From a virus (taxonomy: Duplodnaviria; Caudoviricetes), in the IMG/VR virus record IMGVR_UViG_3300027969_004220, positions 1 to 64,000 of that record: a stretch of 64,000 nt of DNA; one strand, given 5' to 3'. Positions 22,140 through 30,483 of the stretch are shown here, piece by piece. The notes under the pieces are model-generated. The model searched no databases, was not told where the DNA came from, and was given only the letters and a program-made list of their open reading frames with translations. The translations under genes were made by a program, and so were the position numbers. The first letter of the stretch is position 1. Every line of letters begins with the position of its first letter.

Positions 22140-22259
22140 ATGAAAATTAAAAATTACGGATTGGTAGTATTATTTCTAATCATTATTGGTGTAACAGAAA
22201 GTTGTGCTTCAAGATGTGGACAACAAAGAAGATACTGGAGTAAACATAGATGTGTGTAA
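22140..22259 (+). CDS. Small lipoprotein, 39 aa (not in ORF track)
   Basis: MKIKNYGLVVLFLIIIGVTESCASRCGQQRRYWSKHRCV: signal peptide plus lipobox-like Cys; TATATTTG upstream. Confidence 0.6.
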   Translation: MKIKNYGLVVLFLIIIGVTESCASRCGQQRRYWSKHRCV

Positions 22260-22286
22260 TTATCAGAAAAATTAAAATAAAAACAT

Positions 22287-22380
22287 AAAAATTAGGTAGA
22301 TAAGTAAACTTTTATTACTTTTGTACTATAAAAATAACAAAAACACAAAAAGAGAGAATAAACTTTTAATATATAATAAC
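22287..22380 (+). repeat. Duplicated promoter block for tRNA operons, copy 1 (copy 2 at about 57533-57626)
   Basis: AAATTAGGTAGATAAGTAAACTTTTATTACTTTTGTACTATAAAAATAACAA...AAAAAGAGAGAATAAACTTTTAATATATA is near-identical at both sites. Confidence 0.85.
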
Positions 22381-22381
22381 A

Positions 22382-22492
22382 ATGAGAACAAATTCAATAC
22401 ATACAAGCTTTAGTAAGTCGTTCAAGTGGTTTAGCCACAAGTTCGGATGTATGAGTATGTCGTTCTCAAAAGAAGATGTTATTTTAGGATAA
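22382..22492 (+). CDS. Attenuator leader peptide 1 (Phe/Lys/Trp/His-rich)
   Basis: MRTNSIHTSFSKSFKWFSHKFGCMSMSFSKEDVILG; precedes a terminator and Lys/Trp/His/Phe tRNAs. Confidence 0.8.
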   Translation: MRTNSIHTSFSKSFKWFSHKFGCMSMSFSKEDVILG

Positions 22493-22521
22493 TGTCATAA
22501 AAGAGAATAAAACATAAACGT

Positions 22522-22554
22522 AAACCCGAACTAAAAAATTAGTTCGGGTTTTTT
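22522..22554 (+). terminator. Attenuator terminator 1
   Basis: AAACCCGAACTAA-aaaa-TTAGTTCGGGTTT plus T-run. Confidence 0.9.
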
Positions 22555-22563
22555 ATTTTATAA

Positions 22564-22649
22564 TCCCTCTTAGCTCAGTTGGTTTGCATTATGCTTAGAG
22601 CAATCGTCTTTTAAACGATGGGTCACAGGTTCGAATCCTGTAGGGGGAA
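22564..22649 (+). tRNA. trnK: tRNA-Lys(UUU) with enlarged D-loop
   Basis: Anticodon arm ATCGT-CTTTTAA-ACGAT; T-loop TTCGAAT; GCA-TTA-TGC insertion in the D-loop. Confidence 0.85.
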
Positions 22650-22658
22650 CTAAAAAAT

Positions 22659-22729
22659 ACGGGTTACTGACAAGGTGTCGGGCAGGTCTCCAAAACCTCG
22701 CTGGGTAGGTTCGATCCCTACAACTCGTG
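22659..22729 (+). tRNA. trnW: tRNA-Trp(CCA), minimal D-arm
   Basis: AGGT-CTCCAAA-ACCT; acceptor ACGGGTT/AACTCGT; G73. Confidence 0.8.
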
Positions 22730-22738
22730 CTAGAATAT

Positions 22739-22813
22739 GGTGATTGTCTTCTAAAGGTTAGGATACCTCCCTGTGAAGGAGGTGGTGCGGTCTCGGGATC
22801 CGTCTTTCACCCA
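22739..22813 (+). tRNA. trnH: tRNA-His(GUG), deviant T-loop and acceptor stem
   Basis: CCTCC-CTGTGAA-GGAGG; G-1 and encoded CCA. Confidence 0.75.
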
Positions 22814-22818
22814 AATAT

Positions 22819-22890
22819 TCCCTCGTAGCAAACTGGTGTAGGCAATAAGCTTTTAACTTATGGGGCTGGGTTCGACTCCCGGCGGGGGAA
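22819..22890 (+). tRNA. trnK: tRNA-Lys(UUU)
   Basis: ATAAG-CTTTTAA-CTTAT; acceptor TCCCTCG/CGGGGGA. Confidence 0.85.
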
Positions 22891-22896
22891 CAAAAA

Positions 22897-22968
22897 GGAG
22901 AGGTAGCTCAGAGGTAGAGCACTGTGTTGAAGCCGCAGGTGTCGTGGGTTCGATCCCCACTCTCTCCA
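22897..22968 (+). tRNA. trnF: tRNA-Phe(GAA)
   Basis: CTGTG-TTGAAGC-CGCAG; canonical D and T arms. Confidence 0.85.
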
Positions 22969-22970
22969 CT

Positions 22971-23045
22971 GTGTAGGTCATCCAAAGGTTTAGGATACGT
23001 TCCTGTGAAGAACGAAATGCGGTTTCGAGATCCGTCTTACACCCA
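22971..23045 (+). tRNA. trnH: tRNA-His(GUG)
   Basis: CGTTC-CTGTGAA-GAACG; acceptor GTGTAGG/CTTACAC. Confidence 0.8.
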
Positions 23046-23100
23046 AATTAAAAGGTAGAAGGGTTATTTTAATATATACTATAAAAAATAAAAACATAGT

Positions 23101-23949
23101 ATGGGTTCAAATAACTGGTCGAGAAATGAGGAAGAATTATTAAAGGAAAATTATGGAAAATTAGGTGCAGAAAAGTGTAGTATTTTATTAGGTAGAACTA
23201 AAAGAGCATGTCAGATACGTGCAAAAAAATTGTTACTAAAATATGTAGATGATAGATATAATAAAATCAATTTATTAGAAATTGTAAAAGATTCTAAAAC
23301 AAAATCTGAATGTTTACGTAGATTAAATTTATCAACCAATGCAGGAAATTTTGATACACTTAACAGATATATTAAAAAATATGAAATAGATATATCACAT
23401 TTTGAATGTGTCACAGATGGATTAAAAATTTATGTTTCGAGTATAACAATCCCAATAAAAGATATATTGATAGAAAACTCTACATATAGTAGTACAAATC
23501 ATTTAAAAAAAAGATTATATAAAGAAGATTTAAAACAAAGAAGATGTGAATTATGTAACCAGGGAGAAGATTGGATGGGTAAAAAAATGAGTCTAATTTT
23601 AGATCATATAAATGGAGTAAATAATGATAATAGATTAGAAAATTTAAGAATTGTTTGTCCTAATTGTAATGCAACATTAGATACACATTGTAGAGGAACT
23701 AGAATAACAAAAGAAATAGAGAATAAAGATCATTGTAAATGTGGTGGTAGTAAATGGAAAACAAGTAAATCTTGTGTAGATTGTAGTAAAAAATTACAAA
23801 GAAAAGTTGAAAGACCTTCATTAGAACAAATTTTAGAAGATATAAAAGAAACAAACTATGTCTTAACCGGTAAAAAATATGGTGTTAGTGATAACACTAT
23901 AAGAAAGTGGATAAGACAATATAATGCGGATTTAGCTGAGACGGTTTAG
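23101..23949 (+). CDS. HNH homing endonuclease inside tRNA operon 1
   Basis: CELC...LDHINGVNNDNRLENLRIVCPNCN; its 3' end overlaps tRNA-Phe. Confidence 0.85.
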   Translation: MGSNNWSRNEEELLKENYGKLGAEKCSILLGRTKRACQIRAKKLLLKYVDDRYNKINLLEIVKDSKTKSECLRRLNLSTNAGNFDTLNRYIKKYEIDISHFECVTDGLKIYVSSITIPIKDILIENSTYSSTNHLKKRLYKEDLKQRRCELCNQGEDWMGKKMSLILDHINGVNNDNRLENLRIVCPNCNATLDTHCRGTRITKEIENKDHCKCGGSKWKTSKSCVDCSKKLQRKVERPSLEQILEDIKETNYVLTGKKYGVSDNTIRKWIRQYNADLAETV

Positions 23950-23997
23950 CGTATGGTTGAAAGCCATAAGAGGTCGATTCGATTTCGACAATCCGCA
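23926..23997 (+). tRNA. trnF: tRNA-Phe(GAA)
   Basis: TATGG-TTGAAAG-CCATA; acceptor GCGGATT/AATCCGC. Confidence 0.85.
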
Positions 23998-24001
23998 CAA
24001 A

Positions 24002-24132
24002 TAGAAAGTAGCTCAATTGGTAGAGCACGTAATCATACTTAGTCAGTCTTTCTCTAAGAAATTAGTAGCAATGAAATAAGTTACTTCGCTCTGTTAAAGC
24101 CGTGGTTGTGGGTTCGAGTCCCACCTTTCTAT
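24002..24132 (+). tRNA. tRNA-Asn(GUU)-like gene interrupted by a 58-nt structured insert (24030-24087)
   Basis: Removing the insert restores CGGCT-CTGTTAA-AGCCG; D and T arms canonical. Confidence 0.7.
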
Positions 24133-24176
24133 CAAATAAATAAAAACAAAGAATAAAATTTTAATATATAAATAAT

Positions 24177-24254
24177 ATGAAAACAATTATCACAACATCG
24201 TCAAGTTCGTCTAGTCGCTCAAGTAATTTGAGGGAGGTTCTGTTGTGCTCATAA
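24177..24254 (+). CDS. Attenuator leader peptide 2 (Ser-run plus Arg CGC)
   Basis: MKTIITTSSSSSSRSSNLREVLLCS; precedes a terminator, Arg(ACG) and four Ser tRNAs. Confidence 0.85.
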   Translation: MKTIITTSSSSSSRSSNLREVLLCS

Positions 24255-24275
24255 TTGATATAAAAAATTAGTATG

Positions 24276-24308
24276 AAACCCACAGACTTCAAAGTTTGTG
24301 GGTTTTTT
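24276..24308 (+). terminator. Attenuator terminator 2
   Basis: AAACCCACAGACT-tcaa-AGTTTGTGGGTTT plus T-run. Confidence 0.9.
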
Positions 24309-24318
24309 GTTTTTAATT

Positions 24319-24390
24319 GGTTCCATCGTTTAACGGATAGGATAGGTCGCTACGAACGATCAGGTGGGGGTTCGATTCCCTCTGGAATCA
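24319..24390 (+). tRNA. trnR: tRNA-Arg(ACG)
   Basis: GGTCG-CTACGAA-CGATC. Confidence 0.85.
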
Positions 24391-24399
24391 CAAATATAT

Positions 24400-24482
24400 G
24401 GAGGGTACCGCTAAGGTGGCAAACTGGATTTGAACTCCAGGGGTACGGGCAACTGTACGGGTTTCGATTACTCTATCCTCCT
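24400..24482 (+). tRNA. trnS: tRNA-Ser(UGA)
   Basis: CTGGA-TTTGAAC-TCCAG; long variable arm. Confidence 0.75.
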
Positions 24483-24488
24483 CAAAAT

Positions 24489-24572
24489 AGAGAAGATCTG
24501 GCTGGATGAAGGGCAAATCTTGAAAATTTGTAAAGGGTTACACCTTTGTGGGTTCGAGTCCCACCTTCTCTA
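24489..24572 (+). tRNA. trnS: tRNA-Ser(UGA)
   Basis: CAAAT-CTTGAAA-ATTTG; long variable arm AAAGG/CCTTT. Confidence 0.8.
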
Positions 24573-24578
24573 CAATAT

Positions 24579-24664
24579 AGTGAGTAAGCCTTGATGGTGA
24601 TAGGGTCTGCCTGGAAAGCAGTACGTACGTTTAGATGTATAGGGTTCGATTCCCTTGCTCACTA
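24579..24664 (+). tRNA. trnS: tRNA-Ser(GGA)
   Basis: CTGC-CTGGAAA-GCAG; long variable arm. Confidence 0.8.
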
Positions 24665-24673
24665 CAAAAATAT

Positions 24674-24759
24674 GGAGGATGAATTCACTGGGTAGTGGAC
24701 GCAGTTTGCTAAACTGTTGGTGCGTTAAATCGCATTGGGATCGAGACCTACTTCCTCCG
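24674..24759 (+). tRNA. trnS: tRNA-Ser(GCU)
   Basis: GCAGT-TTGCTAA-ACTGT; long variable arm; G73. Confidence 0.8.
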
Positions 24760-24819
24760 CAAAAAATGGAGTTTTGATTTTTGAGGTAAAGGAAAAGACT
24801 AATTATTTATATATAGATT

Positions 24820-25596
24820 ATGAAAAACATATATAAATGTAAAGAATGTGAATTTGAGACAGATAATAATGCAGTTATTGCCAATCATTATAAGTACAAA
24901 CATAATGATAATAGTGAAATAATATGCATATGTGGAAAAATACTAAAAACAAAAGGTGGATACACATATCATTTAAAGAGTTGTAAAGGTATTAAACAAC
25001 CAAAAGAGAAAGAATGTATAAAGTGTGGATTTATCATAAAAGCCAATTTTGAAAGACACACAAACTATTGTGATGGATCTGGACCTAGACGAAGTAAACC
25101 TAAAGTTAGTCATGGATGGAGTAAAGGATTGACAAAAGATACTGATGAGAGAATTAAAAGATTAAGTAATTCTTTAAAATTAAAAACACCAATTAAACAT
25201 ACAGATGAAACTAAATTACTTTTAAGTAATTTAATTAAGAAGAGGTATGAGGATGGTTGGGAGTCGACTGCAGGCAGATGTAAAAAAATAGAATATAATA
25301 GTAAAGTTGCAGGCATTATTAAAGTTGATGGGAGTTGGGAACTTAAAGTTTCTATTTATCTAGATAGCATAGGGGTTAGATGGATTAGAAATAAAAAAAG
25401 ATTTACATATAATAACACATTAAAAAATTGTATATCAACATACTGTCCTGACTTTTATATCTATGATTGGAATTGTTATATAGAAGTAAAGGGATATAAA
25501 ACTGAACTTGATGATATAAAATGGGAACAATTTAAAGAAAGTTTACAAATATGGGATAAAAATAAATTATTATCACTTGGGATAAGTATATATTAA
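24820..25596 (+). CDS. Zn-finger plus PD-(D/E)XK endonuclease (homing-endonuclease-like)
   Basis: N-terminal CxxC/H fingers; C-terminal GSWE...YCPDFYI...YIEVKGY. Confidence 0.75.
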   Translation: MKNIYKCKECEFETDNNAVIANHYKYKHNDNSEIICICGKILKTKGGYTYHLKSCKGIKQPKEKECIKCGFIIKANFERHTNYCDGSGPRRSKPKVSHGWSKGLTKDTDERIKRLSNSLKLKTPIKHTDETKLLLSNLIKKRYEDGWESTAGRCKKIEYNSKVAGIIKVDGSWELKVSIYLDSIGVRWIRNKKRFTYNNTLKNCISTYCPDFYIYDWNCYIEVKGYKTELDDIKWEQFKESLQIWDKNKLLSLGISIY

Positions 25597-25610
25597 AATT
25601 AAACCTTATA

Positions 25611-25662
25611 TAAGCGAGACGCCCGGGAAACTGACTAGGGTTCGATTCCCTTGCTCTCTTCA
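25611..25662 (+). pseudogene. Orphan 3' half of a tRNA (Ser-like remnant)
   Basis: TAGGGTTCGATTCCCTTGCTC is identical to the 3' end of tRNA-Ser(GGA); no 5' half nearby. Confidence 0.5.
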
Positions 25663-25678
25663 ACTAAGTTAAAGTGTG

Positions 25679-27511
25679 TTAGTTTGCACCAAATCTTCCA
25701 TTTACTCTAACTGAAACTCCTTTTGCACTAAGCCCTAAAACTGCAGCATCACTAACAGAAGTACGAGGTCCATTATTTCCATTTAGATATAAATTTTTAT
25801 TAGAACCTGACCAGGTTGCAGTACTTAATGATATAAGTAACTGATCTACATCACTTGATGTAAGTCCATATCCAGGACTAGGTAGATGGTTAAAACGATC
25901 TAATGCATTCCAAGATTTAGTAGGTCCACCACTTGCAGTAAATGAACTGGTCATACAATTACTATTAAGATATTGTGTTATATTTGAAGGTAAATTATAT
26001 AAGTTTCCATATGTTGAATTTGTTAAACCACTCAATTGGAAAATACGTATGGCTGGTTTTAGTGTAGCCAAATCTCCAGTTATTGAACTACTACCAACAC
26101 AGATAAAGTAAGTCATATTACTTGAGAAACTGGCTATATTACCATAAGTTGTATTATTGCCATAATTATAATATTGAGTCATTAAAGGTGGTAATAATCC
26201 AATATCACCAGTAGTAGAGTTAGAGCCACCACACTCAAAACTAGTAATAGTACGTGACAAATTGGCAATATTTCCGTAAGTTGTATTATAACCAAAATTT
26301 TGATAGACTCTAAGTGTACTTGGTAATGAACCAATATTACCAGTTGTTGAATTACTACCATAATTATAATAATAACTCAGTGATGGTGGTAAATATTGAA
26401 TATCACCACTTGTTGTATTATAACCTTCATTCTGATAATAGGTAAGTGTTGAAGACATTGAACCAATATTACCATAAGTTGAATTACTACCTCCATTATT
26501 ATAATAACTCATTGATGCAGGTAATAATCCAATATCACCAGTTGTTGTATTCCTACCATCATTAAGATATAGAGTAAGATTACTTGAGAAACTACCAATA
26601 TTACCACTTGTTGTATTTAATCCATCATTATAATATTCTTTGAGTGTACTTTTTAATAAACCAATATTACCACTTGTTGTATTATTACCATAGTTTCTGT
26701 AATAACTCATTGATGCAGGTAGATTAGCTATATTACCAGTAGTTGTGTTTAAACCAGCCAAAAAAAATGTATCTAATGTACTTGGTAATAAACCAATATC
26801 ACCTGATATTACATTAGATCCAAAATTACGTTCTACTGCAAAGTAGCTAAGTGTTGATTGTGAAAATGAGTTTATACTTCCTGTTATAGGATGGGGAACA
26901 GATGTAAAAGCATAACCAATATTAAAATAATCTAAATTAGGATTATTGTTAGCTATGTTATTAATAGATCCTGTAATAGAATTTTTTACAGTATCTATCC
27001 ATATACGATTAAGGTTTTTTAAGTTAGTAATATCAATTCTATAATTAGATAAAGGATTTCCTGAATATAAATAAAGTTCTTTAAGTTGTAGTAAATCATC
27101 AGTTATATTACTAAAAGTACCTGTTATTGTAGTAGATGGAGTTGTTCCTGTTCCACCATAATCAGAAAACCATAAATATTTAAGATTAGTAATTTGTTTA
27201 AATGTATCATAATTTACAATTTGATTAAGCTGTTCTCTTATATTTCCATTACTAATAATATTACCATAAGTAGAAACATGAAATTTTGCACTTCCTCTCA
27301 TCATTGATACACTAACCGTACCACTAAAAGGAGTAGAAAATGTTTTTGTGAATAAACTAGTAACTGGAACTTTGTTACCATCACCCCAGTCAACTAAGTA
27401 TCTAACAGGAGAAGCTGGACTACCTACCGTGTTCTCTATTCTAATATTAGATTGTGTTGTACTCACTAAATTGAATGTTATTTCATTTCTTGCACCGCCT
27501 CTTTTAAACAT
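25679..27511 (-). CDS. Repeat (LRR-like solenoid) protein, putative receptor-binding/tail-associated
   Basis: About 22-aa repeats G(N/D)IGxLPxxLxYYxNxGxNTT; PKD-like VDWGDG near the N-terminus. Confidence 0.6.
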   Translation of the reverse strand: MFKRGGARNEITFNLVSTTQSNIRIENTVGSPASPVRYLVDWGDGNKVPVTSLFTKTFSTPFSGTVSVSMMRGSAKFHVSTYGNIISNGNIREQLNQIVNYDTFKQITNLKYLWFSDYGGTGTTPSTTITGTFSNITDDLLQLKELYLYSGNPLSNYRIDITNLKNLNRIWIDTVKNSITGSINNIANNNPNLDYFNIGYAFTSVPHPITGSINSFSQSTLSYFAVERNFGSNVISGDIGLLPSTLDTFFLAGLNTTTGNIANLPASMSYYRNYGNNTTSGNIGLLKSTLKEYYNDGLNTTSGNIGSFSSNLTLYLNDGRNTTTGDIGLLPASMSYYNNGGSNSTYGNIGSMSSTLTYYQNEGYNTTSGDIQYLPPSLSYYYNYGSNSTTGNIGSLPSTLRVYQNFGYNTTYGNIANLSRTITSFECGGSNSTTGDIGLLPPLMTQYYNYGNNTTYGNIASFSSNMTYFICVGSSSITGDLATLKPAIRIFQLSGLTNSTYGNLYNLPSNITQYLNSNCMTSSFTASGGPTKSWNALDRFNHLPSPGYGLTSSDVDQLLISLSTATWSGSNKNLYLNGNNGPRTSVSDAAVLGLSAKGVSVRVNGRFGAN

Positions 27512-30447
27512 TAGAAAGTAATATAATAATTTGATGATGTACCTAACCTATCAATAACACCACTCTCATATTGAGCAAATGTTAAAAGTGTATTAGGTAA
27601 AATAGATACTGCTGGTGATGAGTATGTAAATGCTATAGTTGCACTAGTATTACTTGAAATAACTATAAATCTAAAACTAAAGTTAGGTGGTAGTCCAGTA
27701 TCAGGTATTGTTATTATAGATGGACCACTACGATTACACATAATAGTTGTGTTATTCCAACTTGGTAAAGCAGTTGCTGTTGCTGTAGTTATTGTTACTT
27801 GTGTGTTTCCTTGCCAAGTCCCTACACCATTTGCATCAGATGTTAAGACATAACCAGAATAGTTTTGTGTACCATCTTCTAATCTAAATGCACCTGATTG
27901 AGTTGCATAAATATGTAGTTTTGTTGAAGGATTTGTTCCTATACCAACATTACCTTTAAGATATGTTTTTTGTATATTATCATTACCTAAAGTAACTGTA
28001 TTAGAACCATTACCTAAGGCAGTTGCGCCAATAACAATTTCATTACTTACATCAAAATTCACTGAGTTTGCATTATAACCAATATATACAGAGTCACTAG
28101 AATTCTCCGTATATCCATAATTACTACCTGCATATGAACCAATGGCAACATTTCGAGAACCTGTTTTAAGATGTACTAATGATTGATAACCAAGTGCAAC
28201 ATTATGTTCACCTGCTCTTCCTATACTTAGTATATTTATTCTAAATCCAGATCCACCACCAGGTATTTGATAAGGTTGAACTCCTGTTTCTATACCAAAT
28301 ACAACTGTTTCATCCGGTACTACAGTTCCTTTCCAAGTTAAAGTAGCTGAACTTACCGTTCCACCTGAACCAACAACAATTGTTACTTGTGGATAGTCTG
28401 CAACACTATTACCAGGGTAGTAAGATGAACCACCAACACCAAATAAAACAATATTTGGATATGTTCCTGGTGTATAACCATTACCTGGAGAGAATGTTCC
28501 TGCTATTTCGGTTACTATAGTAGTATTATTTTTTAATGACTCAACACCTAATGCAGTATTCCAATTACCGGTATTATTTTTGTATAATGCATTATATCCA
28601 ATTGCCACACTATTAGTTGCAGTTGTATTATTATATAATGACTTTTCACCAATAGCAATATTTTGATAACCAGTTGTATTATAATATAATGATTGATAAC
28701 CAATTGCATTATTTCTGATACCTGTTGTATTTGATAGTAATGATTGATAACCAATTGCACTATTATTATAACCATTTGTATTTGAATATAATGATTGATA
28801 TCCAATTCCTATGTTATAAGAATTTTTTGTATTGTATAATGAACCAATACCAATACCAATATTATAACTAGAAGTGATTCCTAAATATAAAGAAGTATAA
28901 CCTATTCCTATATTAGAGGAACCTGTTGTATTGGAGTAAAGTGAATCTTTACCAATCCCAACATTATAAGATCCAAATGTGTTTAGATATAATGAAGATT
29001 CTCCAAATGCATTGTTACTAGTACCATCAATATTATTATACAATGATTTGGCACCAACTGCGGTATTATAATAAGATAAATTATTATTTAATGAATTATA
29101 ACCTATACCAGTATTACTAAAACCTGTTAAATTATTGTATAATGTACCATAACCAATCGCGGTATTATTATAACCAGTTGTATTCTTGTATAATGATTTT
29201 TGACCTACTGAAGTATTGTTATAACCAGTTGTATTTAAACTCGATGAACTTGCACCCATAGCAGTATTGTTATAACCAGTTGTATTTGATAATAATGAAT
29301 TATAACCTATAGCCGTATTATTTTTACCAAAGTTTGATAATAAAGAATTATAACCAAATGATGTATTAAATAAACCTATAAGATCTATTGTTACGTAAAA
29401 ACCTGAACCACCACCAAAATCTGCAGTTAGTCTTGTTAAATTACTAGTAAATCCAGTTCCATTATTTACAATTTCAACATAAGAAATATAATAATAATCA
29501 CCATCACTCTCATACACTACCTCTATATTTACAGTTGGATAGGTTGTTGCTGCAGGTCCTGAATATAATGTCAGTTGAACATCTTCATAAAAATTTTCCT
29601 CATAATTATAATCACCTTGAAAAATACTCTGTATACTTATACCTGCATCATATAAACTATTTTTTTGTGATCCATAACCAAATAAAGTATTAGTTATACC
29701 TTTTGATCTATTATATGAATTCCCAACTTCATCAATAACTAATGAAGGTAAACCATCAGATGAAGAAACTATAAATCTATCATATGAATCAACATCTCCA
29801 GTACCAACACTTAAAACTCCTGTCCTTACACTTGAATAGGTTCCTATAGAAACATCACCTGATGTAGTTGCAGAACTTGTTGTAGAAATAAATCTAAACT
29901 CTTTTTCAGATTCATCCCATATAAATGCTTGAGTATCTGAGCTTCCTCTATTTATAAACAAACCAGCATCGAACATTGGTGTTCCAGATTGACTTCCTGC
30001 CAATAAAATAATAGGATCTTTAACTAATAGATTTTCTGTATTTATAGTTGATGTTGTACCAATAACCATTAAATTACTACTAATTACAACAGTATCACCA
30101 TTATCAGTAATACTACTATTACCTAATTTAGAAGGTGATATCCATTTTGGTATTGTATTTGTAACTCCATTACCACCTATACCTATAGAAGTCCAATGGT
30201 TAACATTAGTTGGATCTATACCTGAATAATAATAAATAGTACCAGTACTGGTTTCTAATAATAAACTATAACCACTTTTATATTTTTCTGGAATTATAGA
30301 TCCACCATCACCGGATGTATATTCCGAAATTAGTGAGTCACCACTAAAAGTAGCTATACTTCTTAATCCACCTCTAATATCACTAACATCAGCAATTGGA
30401 TAGTTTGGATTATTGTGTCTTAATATGTCACCAAATTGAATACTCAT
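27511..30447 (-). CDS. Tail fibre/adhesin-like protein with NTAIGYxSL repeats
   Basis: 14-aa repeats typical of YadA/Hep-Hag-like beta-rolls; N-terminus paralogous to the 30484-34854 gene. Confidence 0.7.
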   Translation of the reverse strand: MSIQFGDILRHNNPNYPIADVSDIRGGLRSIATFSGDSLISEYTSGDGGSIIPEKYKSGYSLLLETSTGTIYYYSGIDPTNVNHWTSIGIGGNGVTNTIPKWISPSKLGNSSITDNGDTVVISSNLMVIGTTSTINTENLLVKDPIILLAGSQSGTPMFDAGLFINRGSSDTQAFIWDESEKEFRFISTTSSATTSGDVSIGTYSSVRTGVLSVGTGDVDSYDRFIVSSSDGLPSLVIDEVGNSYNRSKGITNTLFGYGSQKNSLYDAGISIQSIFQGDYNYEENFYEDVQLTLYSGPAATTYPTVNIEVVYESDGDYYYISYVEIVNNGTGFTSNLTRLTADFGGGSGFYVTIDLIGLFNTSFGYNSLLSNFGKNNTAIGYNSLLSNTTGYNNTAMGASSSSLNTTGYNNTSVGQKSLYKNTTGYNNTAIGYGTLYNNLTGFSNTGIGYNSLNNNLSYYNTAVGAKSLYNNIDGTSNNAFGESSLYLNTFGSYNVGIGKDSLYSNTTGSSNIGIGYTSLYLGITSSYNIGIGIGSLYNTKNSYNIGIGYQSLYSNTNGYNNSAIGYQSLLSNTTGIRNNAIGYQSLYYNTTGYQNIAIGEKSLYNNTTATNSVAIGYNALYKNNTGNWNTALGVESLKNNTTIVTEIAGTFSPGNGYTPGTYPNIVLFGVGGSSYYPGNSVADYPQVTIVVGSGGTVSSATLTWKGTVVPDETVVFGIETGVQPYQIPGGGSGFRINILSIGRAGEHNVALGYQSLVHLKTGSRNVAIGSYAGSNYGYTENSSDSVYIGYNANSVNFDVSNEIVIGATALGNGSNTVTLGNDNIQKTYLKGNVGIGTNPSTKLHIYATQSGAFRLEDGTQNYSGYVLTSDANGVGTWQGNTQVTITTATATALPSWNNTTIMCNRSGPSIITIPDTGLPPNFSFRFIVISSNTSATIAFTYSSPAVSILPNTLLTFAQYESGVIDRLGTSSNYYITF

Positions 30448-30483
30448 TTCTTCTTAATTATTTTTTCTTTCTTATATATTATA

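Noticed and set aside
22382-22554. T-box riboswitch as the explanation for the tRNA-operon leaders
   Set aside because: No T-box UGGNACC antiterminator bulge or stem I motifs; the signal is an ORF with matched codons
24273-24509. Track ORFs overlapping tRNA clusters (also 38920-39231, 39767-39958, 40009-40260, 57741-58300, 59004-59228, 60119-60491)
   Set aside because: They are chance read-throughs of GC-rich tRNA, terminator or ncRNA sequence with no protein features
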